A stretch of 64,000 bases of DNA from the human T2T-CHM13v2.0 reference genome, Homo sapiens: assembly GCF_009914755.1 (NCBI RefSeq), contig NC_060939.1. One strand, given 5' to 3'. Under the pieces are notes generated by a model. That model ran no database searches and was not told the origin of the DNA. It saw only the letters and a list, made by a program, of their open reading frames with translations. The position numbers and the translations under genes are program-made. Of this stretch, positions 1 to 11,210 are shown piece after piece; within the stretch, counting starts at the first letter, position 1, and each line of letters opens with the position of its first letter.

Positions 1-39
1 GTGAGACCCACATATCTACAAATTTTTTTTTTTTAATTA

Positions 40-342
<303 letters not shown>

Positions 343-441
343 TTAGCTGGGTGTGGTGGCGCATGCCTATACCCTAGCTACTTGAGAGGTTGAGGTAGGA
401 GGATTGCTTGAACCCAGGAGGTTGAGGCTGTGGTGAGCTAG

Positions 442-824
442 TGTATTAGTCCATTCTCTTATGGCTATAAAGAACTATCTGAGACTGGCTAATTTGTAAA
501 GAAAAGAGGTTTAATTGGTTCACTATTCTGCAGGCTGTGCAGGAAGCATGGCTAGGGAGGCCTCAGAAAACACAACCATGGCAGAAGGCAAAGGGGAATC
601 AGGCATGTCCTACATGGCTGGAGCAGGAGGAGGAGAATGAAGGGGGAGGTGCCATATGCTTTTAAACAACCAGATCACATGAGAACTCACTCACTGTCAT
701 GAGAACAGCAAGGGGAAAATCTACCCCCCAAGATCCAATCACCTCCCACCGGGCCCCTCCTCCAACACTGGGGATTACAATTCCACATGAGATTTGGGCG
801 GGGACACAGAGCCAAACCATATCA
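442..824 (-). mobile_element. MSTA/MSTB (ERVL-MaLR) solo LTR
   Basis: TGTATTAGTCC...CCAAACCATATCA ends; 5-bp TSD GCTAG. Confidence 0.9.
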
Positions 825-888
825 GCTAGGATCACACCACTGCACTCCTGGGCAACAGAGTGAGACCTTGTTTCCAAAAAAAGTAAAT

Positions 889-889
<1 letters not shown>

Positions 890-916
<27 letters not shown>
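890..916. repeat. (GT)n microsatellite
   Basis: Seen directly. Confidence 0.95.
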
Positions 917-920
<4 letters not shown>

Positions 921-1439
921 TCTATCTATCTATCTTTATACGTATATATCTTCTTGGTTCTGTTTCTCTGGAAAACTCTAACATAGCTTCTGACTCCTTA
1001 GCCTTTGGATATGAGGGCTAACGAAGCTGTCTCCCTTTGTCTAGCCTCAGTCTTCATTCCTCCAGATCCCAGCTTACCAATAACTGGCCAGTCTCCATGG
1101 TGACTGAGGTAAGGAAATTGTGACTGCCTTGAGTGAGCTGGTAATGGCTTTCAGACTGATAGCTCTGCTGCCTGCTCCCTTGCCCACCCCCCTCACCTTT
1201 TGCCCTGAAAGTGCGGTGGGGAACTGAGGAATCACAGACTGCTGGAGGGGGTGCAGAGCCTCCCACAGCATCCTCAAGATGAGAGCACTGCCCCAGGCAC
1301 CTGCCATTCATCATGCTTGCCACCCTCTGGCAAGGTATTACTACTGGTGACAAGGGTGAGGGCAGACTGACTTCAACCTTGCCTGGCCCAGCCTGCAAAA
1401 GGAAGCTAATGAGGACCTGAGGCTGGCATATTTTTAATC

Positions 1440-2530
1440 TCAAAGTTAGAGTCCCTGGACTGGCAGCCTTAGCATCACCTGGGAACTTGTTAGAAGGGCA
1501 AGTTCTTAGGCCCCATCCTAAGATCTACCGAATCAGGAATTGGTGGTGGGTTGGGGACAGCGATCTGTGTTTTACCAAGCCTTCCAGGCTATCCTGATGC
1601 AAGTTTAAGCCCAAAAACCATTGTTCCCAAGCAGTGGATCCCAAATTTGTCTGCACTTTGGGATTACTAGGGAGCTTCAAAAAACTACTGATGCCTGTCC
1701 CAGTAGTGAACTGGAGTTGGTTTGTACCAGCTCACCACAGCTAATGTTTTAAATTTCAGAAATTTTGTGAGTCGGGTATTTAACACAGTCACTATTTAAA
1801 ATTAAATTATATACATATAAACTTACAATGAACTAATTATATTAAAAATAAAAGTAATAAATATTCAAAACCCATCACCTCTAAATTACATTTAACTATT
1901 GTCTATGCTCTTGAGATTATTTATATTTTGTTTGTTTGCTTTTGTTTGAGACAAGGTCTCAAGTGCAGTGATCGTGACTCACTGTAGCTTTGACCTCCTG
2001 GGCTGAAGCGATCCTCCCATCTTAGTCTCCCCAGTAGCTGGAACCCCAGACGTGCACCACCATACCCAGCTAATTTTTCTTTTTATAGAGACAAGGCCTC
2101 ACTCTGTTGCCAAGCTGGTCTCGAACTCCTGGCCTCAAGCAATCCTTCCACCTTGGCCTGCCAAAGAACTGGGATTACAAGCATGAGCCACTGTACCCAA
2201 CCTTATTTACATGTTCTTTCTGCATGATGAAAACACTATGTCATGGTTTGCTGCTGAGCATCTCTTTTCAGCTCTGCATTCAGTGAAGGCACATTTGTAG
2301 CTGGAAATCAACCATGACGGGAATATTTACACCTCGGTAATCAGCAAATGTTACAGGTCAGGGCTTTTCCTCCCAAAGAGCCTGTTGTTAAGCATTTGCC
2401 GCATACTACTACTCATGTTCCACCCCAGAAGTTGTAATTTAATGGGTCTGGGATGTGGCTGGGCTTTGGAATTAAAAAAAAAAATCCCCAGGTAATTCTA
2501 ATGTGCACCAACTCTGGGAACCACCATTCT
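1440..2530. mobile_element. MER5A plus MER5B (hAT-Charlie) fossils; the MER5B copy is interrupted by MER63
   Basis: AGCATCACCTGGGAACTTGTTAGAA; CCCAGGTAATTCTAATGTGCA motifs. Confidence 0.75.
1702..2412 (+). mobile_element. MER63-type hAT element containing an antisense AluJ (1927-2202)
   Basis: CAGTAGTGAACTGGAG...TTAAATTTCAGAAATTTTG start; CTGTTGTTAAGCATTTGCC end. Confidence 0.7.
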
Positions 2531-3474
2531 AAAGAAAGTCAGCTCACTGCAGACCCCCCGCGGGAGTGCTTAGTGGGGTAGTTCACCCGTAGGCCCCTGC
2601 GCTCAACAGGCCCGACTGTGTTGTGTGATGACGTGGGAAGGAGTCCTCTTACTTCTCACAAACTCAGTTTGAGGGGGCAGGTAGTTAAAGTAGATAAGTG
2701 AAGAGAGTGAAGGAGGTGACACAGTGGCCAACCCGAGGGTTCACACCCCATTTGCACCTCACCCATGAGCTGTCAGCCCCAGCCAGGAGTTGCCACATGT
2801 GGAATGCTGGCTCAAGGCTACCAGAGCTTCTGATTGTTTTTAGATAAACTACAATTCTGGATATTTCAGTGAAATCTTCCCATCTTTAGGAAATCACAAA
2901 GGCCACACAAAACACACCTGCTAACCAGCTTCAGCTAGCAAGCTACTGATTTGAAACCCTTATCTAGCAAGGGTGGACCTCACACAGGATACATGAGAGT
3001 ATGGCCACATTGCAAGTAAGTGAAAATGACTCGATAGTGCTGCTGGGGCCCCTCATCAGAAGGGTGGACCCCACATGGTCACTGGATTCCTCCTCAAAGC
3101 CCAGGTGGTAAGTTGGTTCCAGGGGTCCTGGAAAAGCAGGGGGGTGGCATTTCAGATTTCACCTCATATAGTTTAGTAGTCTCCAAATACAAGAAGAGAG
3201 GAAAAAGAACAGCAAATACTGATCACAAACCCCCTACCCCAGAACGTCCTGTAAACTGACATTTAATCATTGAAAATGATGTGGGGAAATGAGTGTGGCC
3301 ATCCACATTCCCACAGCTATTTCTGGAGGTCAGCAAAACAGACCTCCAAGCACATCACCTTCAGGTGAGACCCTGGACACCTCACTGCCAATCCCTGTCT
3401 TAAGTTTTGGATGAAAATTTTTCAGATCCTGGACACTTTAGGCATTGGGTTAGTCTAATCACCGTCAAATCGCG

Positions 3475-4440
3475 GCCATGGAGAAATTAGAACCTTCCTA
3501 CAGTGCTGGTGGAAATATAAAATGGCATGGCAGCTTTGGAAAGCAGCCTGGCAATTCCTCAAAAGCTTAAGATAGAGTTACCGTGTGACCCAGCAATTCT
3601 AATTCTAGATATATATTCAAAAGAATTGAAAGCATATTCACACAAAAACTTGCTCATGAATGTTCATAGCAGCATGATGCATACTAGTCAAAAAGTGACA
3701 AGAACCCAAATGTCTATCAATTAACGAATGGACAAACAAAATGTGGTCTTGCCATACGATGAAACATTATTCAGCCATTAAAAGGAATGAAGTACTGATA
3801 CATGCCACAACATGGATGTAAGTTAAAAACATTATGCTAAGTCGGGCAGGGCATGGTGGCTCACACCTGTAATCCCAGCATTTTGGGAGGCCGAGGCAGG
3901 CAGATCACTTGTGGTCAGGAGTTCGAGAGCAGCCTGGCCAACATGGCAAAACCCTGTCTCTACTAAAAATACAATAATTAGCCGGGCATGGTGGTGCATG
4001 CCTGTAATCCCAGCTACTCAGGAGGCTGAGGCAGGAGAATCACTTGAACCTGGGAAGCGGAGGTTGTAGTGAGCCAAGATCTCACCACAGCACTTCAGCC
4101 TGGGCAACAGAGTGAGACTCCGTCTCAAAAAAAAAAAAAAAAAAAAAAGCCAAAAAACCCATTATGCTAAGTGAAAGAAGTCAGTCACAAAAGGCCACAC
4201 ATTGTATGATTTATAAGAGATGTCCATCCAAGATAGGCAAATAGATAAAAACAGAAAATAAATTAACGGTTGCCAGGGGCTGAGAGCAGGAGAAATAAGG
4301 ACTGGCTGCAAATGGGGCTGGGTTTCCTTTTGGAGTAATGAAAATAATTGGCATTGGATAATAGTTATGGTTGTATAACCTTGCGAATATACTAAAAACT
4401 ACTGAATTGTATACTTCAAAGTGTGCAATTTTAAAAATTG
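3475..4440 (+). mobile_element. L1MB-type 3' fragment containing AluS (3844-4148)
   Basis: L1 ORF2 end and 3'UTR (GACCCAGCAATTC, GTACTGATACATGC); Alu TSD CATTATGCTAAGT. Confidence 0.85.
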
Positions 4441-5149
4441 TGGCTACATATCTAAGCAGACAGCTTGTACTTTGGCAAAAAATATGTAAACATCCCATTC
4501 ATCTCATTGTGGAGTGAATCAGGAAGGGAAGAAACACAGTGAGAGTCCCTCTGATAACAACTGATATTACAGAGGCCACAATGCAGGCTGTAACCAACAT
4601 TTATCCCACCATGGCCAAGGAGGAGATGGACCTGAAGACACCTTCTATGTAATTTAAACACATTGCAAGTGCAGAATGTGAAAATGCAGAGGAAAAGCCC
4701 ACAGAACAGGCCCCTCGTGTTTAGAATCCTGCCCAGCCATGCTCCAAGGTGGGAAACTCAGCTGCCCAGAGGCCCTCTTCAGGGATTCTGCCTGCTTTGC
4801 TGTATGACAGCCATTAGTCTCATGCAGCTAAGTTCTAATTGAGGCTGTAGTGACATGACTTGAAATTCACAAGATTAATTTTTGCAAACCATGAAGGGAT
4901 TCATTTATTCTTAGTTTATGGAGATGACTCTGCAGAGGGGCAGTTGATTGTGCTATGAAAGCCCAACAGGGCTAAGCCCAGCCACAGTCAACCTGTCCAT
5001 AGTTCTCACAAGAAAGGGAGGGATATGAGAGGACACACCCCCCAACAAGAGGAATCTTCTTCAGTCACAGAATTATTTTCATATGAAAACATATGTGGGA
5101 ACAATGTCTAGGTAAGTGCTCAGGGCTGTTATGGAACTACAGCAGGAAG

Positions 5150-5790
5150 GCATGTTGATCAATGTCCAGTCAGGGAAACAAAAGTCACATCATGTTTTCC
5201 AAATACAGAGAAGTGAAGACAGAGAGTTAGTTACAAACTCACTGGGAAGGCCAGAGGAGCAGAAGGAGAGAGATCAGATTAGCCATAAACTAGAACTACA
5301 GGAAACCAGATCACCCTTAGGCAAGAGAGCTGACAGGGATACAGTGTTGCCTAGAGTTGAGAACCTAGAAATTGGGAGGCTGTAGCTGTTGGACTCTTGC
5401 AGCTGACATCTTGATGCTCCAGGAAGTCAGAGCCTACACTCCTGCTGCTGCTGTTGGAACCAGGTACCCAGATCACACCTGCCAGCCTGACCCCACCTGA
5501 GCCTCAGCCCACAAACCACCATGCTGTTGAGGCTGCTGATGTACCCACTGCCATTGCCACTGCACCTGAGCAGGAGCCTAGGAGTCCACACTCTGCAATG
5601 CTGCGGCAGACAGAAAGGCTAGGAAGGGCTTCACTCTTTCTCCCCATCTTCCAGTCTCCTGCCACTGCTCTGCCATGGACAAAATCTAACCGGTATGCAG
5701 AATCTAGATGCAGTGTGCAGGCTCCCAGCCCCCTACCATACAGAGCAGAGCACAGAGGAGTGGGAATGGAGCTGAGGGGCAAAATGGCCA
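5150..5790 (-). mobile_element. Ancient LTR (LTR78/LTR85-like)
   Basis: GTCCAGTCAGGGAAACAAAAG start and GCAGAGCACAGAGGAGTGGGAATGGAGCTGAG end typical of old eutherian LTRs. Confidence 0.5.
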
Positions 5791-6326
5791 GCATGGAGTG
5801 AGTGGGGGTGCCTTTCACAGCCTGAGATAGCTAAACAGGGGCAGAAAGTACCTAATTTCTACCCCAGGCAGAGCTTCAGCTTGGAGAAAATTGGCCTTAC
5901 CAAATACAGACAGATTTATTGGTCTATTTTTTATTCACTCATGCATTCACACATCAGTTCATTGGGTTAAACAGTAATGCAGCAAATAGTGAGTGCCAAT
6001 AATAGTATCTGCTCTCCTTCCCTTTTTTACACCCTACAGATCTCTAAGGTCTTTGTGGACTTCTAGAATTCCCTATAATAATTTTTCCTTATCAGAGATT
6101 AGAGCCAACATCAACAGAAAAGGTATAACGGGAATGAGGAGGCTCCGGTCCAAGCACACAAAAAGATGCTCCCTGGAGACTGTGAGGGCACCAGGAGGCT
6201 GGTGCTGGAATCCCTCCAATTTTGTCATTACTGCTGGTTCGGCGTGCCTGGGGTTCACATCATTCTTTTTATTAAAAAGTGCACCTTTTCCTTGAGGGGA
6301 CAGGACTTTCTCTGGCACATAATTCT

Positions 6327-6514
6327 TTTCTTCTTTTAACTTTTATTTTAGGTTCAGGGACACGTGTGCAGGTGTGTTATAATAGGTAAACTTGTGTCAT
6401 GGGGGTTTGGTGTACAGATTATTGAATCGCCCAGGTGCTAAGCATAGTACCTGGTAGGCATTTTTTTCTGATCCTCTCCCTTTTCCCACCCTACTCCCTC
6501 AAGTAGGCCCCAGT
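6327..6514 (-). mobile_element. L1PA15/16-type extreme 3' end
   Basis: Antisense L1PA 3'UTR (AACTTTTATTTTAGGTTCAGGG...CAAGTAGGCCCCAGTG); flanking AATTCT repeat. Confidence 0.85.
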
Positions 6515-8249
6515 GAATTCTAAAGGGACTTTGTCACATGGAGTTTTCTATGATACGCTATGATATTATGAGACACTGCACAGCATCCTTGCTCCCATTG
6601 TCCCAGGGAGCCCAGAGCAGAATCTACATGACTGCTTCTACTGGAGCCAACAGAGAAAAACCAAGGAGCTAACCAGAGTCATGCCTGCTGGCTGCAATGG
6701 CCCCTGCAAGTACCTGGGAGTTTGGAGGAAGCACACGTGTTCTGGAGGAACAAGTCTCAGTGCCCTCAGACCTCAGCTCTTGCCACTTTGAAGAGCCTTG
6801 GGCTAGCTGTTGATATGGGTGGTGGATGGGTGGACCAGGGAGGGTTGTGACTCTACTCAGTTGCTTCCTGAGGTTGCATTGCTCCTGCTGGGGGAAGGAA
6901 AGGCTGATGATCATAAGAAAATGGCCCTTTTCCTTGGCTAAGCAAACGATCCTCTTTCAAAATCAACTTTTTAGCTCTTCTGGCAAGGGCCTTAAACAGA
7001 GTCAGAGAAAACCTCTTTGTGAGTAGAGAAAATCTGAAAGAAGAGAGTGAAGACACTTGAAGAAGAAGTTGTCCTGCAGGTCACAGTGGCCCCAGTGAAT
7101 GAGGCACTGCAGGCCTTGGAGGAGGGAGTTCCAGAGAAAAGGTTCTGATGTAGCCAAACAGGTCCTGATGAGCTAGACCCAGGTGGGGTAGGCATGGAAG
7201 CAAGGAAATATCCCAGGCTGGGTCACAAGGAGAAAGCAAAAGATAGAAGTGGGATCTGAAGGGAAGGGTCAAAAATGGTGAGTAGGTAATACAGAGTAAG
7301 AGGGTTCAGAAGGCAGGCCGTGAAAAGATCCGAGAGTCAAATGGGGAAAGAAGATGTGCAAGGGCACAGAAGGAGATACAAGATCATGGAGTTCATTTCT
7401 ACACTACCCTTTTTTTTTCTGGTGTCCCCATGGATATGGTGTGGCAGTGGTGGAAACACCCTGTGGAGGTGCTTCAGATCCCAGAGGCAGGTTCCCACCA
7501 GCACTCAGCAGATGTACTCTCCTGGTGAGCTAGGTACTGAGCCGGCCGTGGTACTCTGAGGAGTGCCTGACTTGCATTTCCCGTTTCTGCATCTCCAGCG
7601 CAAGCTGCTGGCACACAGTAGTGGGACAAAACAAGGAGCAGGGAGAGATGGGATTCATGCACACATGACTTACAACAGCTGGCTCATTTCTGCATAAGCA
7701 AGTACAGCACATATCTCTCCCACTTAAATGAGCCAAGGCTGCGCAGCACACTACTGCTGTTCTTGGCTGCAGAGTGGCCTGTGCTCTGTGGCCAGAGTGA
7801 CCATGATGCACACTCAGCAGGACTGGGGGGAGGCCATAATTGAGTGATGGTTTATTGATCCTTCTGGTGGGAGGAGTTCAATAAGGTATATGAGAATTCT
7901 TTGAAGGTCAAGTTGATAATCTCATGGTGTTCCATAGATATGGCAATGAACATATTTCACATCCTAGTTGGTAGATGTCATTTTGCCATCTGGAGTTACC
8001 AACAACTGAGTAGACCTTGGTGGAGCCTTCTTCCAAATCCAGGAGTCCAACAGGCTGTCTGAGAGCACGGGTATGGAAGGTCAGTTCATGGAAGGAAGAG
8101 CATCTCAGTGATCATGAAGTAGACCATAGATGGAGGAGCTATGGTCTACTCCTCCAGGAACTAACCATTCTGGTGAGAGGAACTACCAGAGGGTCCTGAG
8201 CACAGTGAGATAGATGAGATGGATGGGAGATCAAGTCTAGGTGAGACGG

Positions 8250-8535
8250 GTTCCCAAAAGTATCATGCCCCAAGGATCTCACCTTTCTCTACATGCTGCT
8301 TAGTGGAGCCAGGGCTAAGAACCTGCAAACTACATTTCTTAGATCCCTAGACAATGGCCTATTTTAGGTTTGCCAAAAGGAGGCGTTAGAGAGAAACTGA
8401 AAGGGGAGCAGAGGGGAGGAGGGATGCCCCTCCCGTTTTTCCTGTTCCTGCTTGTATCGCTTCAGCAGGAGCAGTTGGCTTCAGCTTCCAGCTTCTCTTG
8501 GCACTCCCAGAACCAGCCTTGCCTGCTGAATGCCA
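8250..8535 (+). mobile_element. LTR33-type ERVL LTR fragment
   Basis: CTGCAAACTACATTTC motif. Confidence 0.65.
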
Positions 8536-8789
8536 GTTCTGAAGCGGATATCAAGATACTGTCTAAGAAGGTCTAGAATGGCATCCAAAATGTGTTCATC
8601 GGGTTCTGAAAGAGGATCAGGGCACCATATGGCCAAATGTTATCATAAGGAGTAAGGCATGTCCAGAAAGCCACTTTCCTCTGTACTATCTCTCTGGATA
8701 CAGAGGAGAAAGGACTCAAAGAGGCACTTCAGAGAATAAACTACAAATTGCTAAAAATTAAAAAATTCATCTAAACAAAACAAAAAACC

Positions 8790-8922
8790 GACCATGGTGG
8801 TGGCTCACACCTGTAATCTCAGTACTTTGAGAGGCCAAGGTGGCAGATCACTTGAGCCCAGGAGTTCAAGACTTGCTTGGGTGACAGAGCAAGATCCTGC
8901 CTCAAAAAAAAAAAAAAAAAAA
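8790..8922 (+). mobile_element. Alu left monomer (FLAM-like)
   Basis: Monomer followed by poly(A). Confidence 0.85.
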
Positions 8923-9377
8923 AATTGTATAACCATGCACATACACAAAACTTCAACTTCACCAGTAATTAAAAAAAAAAAGAAATAAAAATCAATATTG
9001 ATATTTGCCACTTTCTACTCACATTGACAAAATTATGTGAGAATGATAAACACTGATTCTCAGGAAAAAATTATTGATGAGCACAAAATAGATTATATGA
9101 TGGATTGTTTGTTAGGGTGTTATTTATGATGGTGAGGAAAGTTAAGTTACATACCAAACAATAGAATGATATTAATAAGTATAAATCCATAATATAAAAT
9201 ATTATTTAGATATTTAAATAATCCTATAAATAAACATATACTGCCACATAAAATGTGTGTAGAATATTACTTAATAAAGTAATTTAAATAGATAATATAT
9301 TCATCTAGTAAGATCCCATTTATATTAAATGTATGAATGTATATGTATATATGTGCATGTACACATACACATATATA

Positions 9378-9699
9378 CAATCATGCATCTATTAATGATA
9401 AGGGTAAGTTTGGAGAAAGATGTTGTTAGATTATCTCATCATTGTGTCAACATCAGAGTGCGCTTACACAAACCTAGATGGTACAGCCTACTACACACCC
9501 AGGCTGTATCGTATAGCTTATTGCTCCTAAGCTATGAACCTGTGCAGCATGTTACACTGCTGAGTACTGCAGGCAATTTTAATACAATGCTAAGTATTTG
9601 TGTATCTAAGCATATCAAAACATAGAAAAGGTACAGTAAAAAATACAGTATTATAATCTCTCTGTTGTTGACTGAAACATTGTTAGGTGGTTCATACTG
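9378..9699 (+). mobile_element. Tigger3a/MER7A (TcMar) non-autonomous element
   Basis: TACACAAACCTAGATGGTACAGCCTACTACACACC; CATAGAAAAGGTACAGTAAAAA. Confidence 0.85.
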
Positions 9700-10022
9700 C
9701 ATATGAAAGAGGTATTTGTAAAAGGAAAGATTTTTAAAGTCCTGATGCCGAGGCCATACGCAAGCCAATGAAATCATAATAATTTGTCGAGTGGGACCCA
9801 GCCCTCAGTTTTTAAAGCACTTCAGGTGATTACAATGTATAGCCACGATTGCAAATCACTGATCTAAGCACATCCCACCTTATTCTATACACTCTCCTTT
9901 TCACCTCCAATATTAAACTTCTATTTTTATATATGTTTCCCAATCTATTTCTTTTGGTAACATTTGGCCCTCAGGAAAATAGAGAATCCCAATGTTGGTT
10001 TGCTACAAAGAAGCCTGGAGCA

Positions 10023-10305
10023 GGCTGGGCACAATGGCTCACGCCTATAATCCCAGCACTTTGGGAGGCCGAGGCAGGAGGATCACTTGAGAGCCCTGGA
10101 GTTCGAGACCAGCCTGGGCAACATGGTGAAACCCAGTCTCTACAAAAATTAGCTAGATGTGGTGGCATGTGCCTATAGTCCTAGCTACTCAGGAGGCTGA
10201 AGTGGAAGGATTCCTTGAGCCCAGGAGGTCAAGGCTCCTGTGAGCTGTGATCACACCACTGCACTCCAGCCTGGGCAGCACAGAGAGATCCTGTCTCAGA
10301 AAAAA
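10023..10305 (+). mobile_element. AluJ-type
   Basis: Full Alu dimer. Confidence 0.9.
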
Positions 10306-10999
10306 GAAACCTCACGCATTTTCCTGGTCAGGGAGTCTGGACGGTCTTGGGAGCCAGTCTGACTCTGCTCGAGTGAATCATCCACAGATATCACAGATAT
10401 CAGGTAGAATCTTCTAAAAGTCATTCTGAGCAGAAGCCTGAAAAAGAAACACACAAGCACATACACAGCAGAAGCCAGGGCTGACTCCCCATCTGGCCAG
10501 GAAGAGTTGCAGAATATTTGATGTTTATAACATTAACTCTCTTTCATTAGTGACCTTTCATTAAGTTGAATCATTTCCTTTGGAAATAAAAGAAAATGCC
10601 TCAATTGTTTTTGACAAGTTCTCTTCATCTTTGAAAATATTTTGCAAAATGACTTCTTGCATTTGCAACCTCAGACTTCCTCTAGATTTTCTCTCTATTG
10701 ACCTAAGCAGACAATTACAAAATATTGTTGGGCAAAGTCTTAATCTAGCAGGGAAAATTTTCACATTGGAATTGAGGGATCTCTTAGACTTCACCGTCTG
10801 CAACCCCCTCTGCCATTTTATAGCTTGGGAGCTGAAACCTAAATGCCTTGGTTGGGGTTAGCCAGAATATTAATAGCTGAGCTGGGAATGGGACCAACTG
10901 TTTGCCACCTCCCTTAGCATGATTTTTGCCAGATCACACTGTGTGGGCCATAAGTATTTCATTGCAACTTTCTCTAGTGCCACCAGATTGCTGCCTCGT

Positions 11000-11210
11000 T
11001 CAGCAGTAAAGTGCATGGCCTCTTAGTGTCAACATGCCCCAGGTTCAAATCCTGGCTCAACTAGGTATTAGCTGTGAGAATTTTGTCAATTTACTTAACC
11101 TCTCTGTGTCTCAGTTTTCTCATCTATAAAATGGGGATTCACAGGATTCTCATAAGGCCTAAATGAGTTAATTCATGAAAGGAATGTAGAACAGCGGTGG
11201 CCATAGTTAC
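11000..11210 (+). mobile_element. MIR
   Basis: GGTTCAAATCCTGGCTC...CTCAGTTTTCTCATCTATAAAATGGGG core. Confidence 0.8.

Larger units (their letters stand above)
1066..4724 (+). pseudogene. Candidate decayed multi-exon gene 3' end (segments 1066-1108, ~1238-1334, ~2988-3107, 3243-3364, ~4523-4724), possibly GREB1/TAGT-domain related
   Basis: AG/GT-bounded non-repeat segments (ttcctccag|..GAG|gtaagg; GTG|gtaagt; ccccag|..CAG|gtgaga) with stops and frameshifts; motif order resembles the GREB1 C-terminus as recalled from memory. Confidence 0.35.

Noticed and set aside
2550-2640. CpG-containing patch encoding VLCDDVG, similar to a GREB1 motif, with a CRE-like TGACGT
   Set aside because: Out of collinear order with the other segments and lacking clear splice sites; likely chance.
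3527-3724. ORF resembling a reverse-transcriptase protein C-terminus (also 33592-33822)
   Set aside because: Degenerate L1 ORF2 remnants.
4606-4652. Strong Kozak CCACCATGG
   Set aside because: Stop after 13 codons; no independent evidence of a start site.
7040-7170. Kinase subdomain VI-like peptide on the minus strand
   Set aside because: No intact HRD/DFG/APE motifs; family cannot be assigned.
10383-10402. Short tandem duplications (CACAGATAT x2; also ~12377-12412 and ~43366-43410)
   Set aside because: Ordinary slippage duplications.
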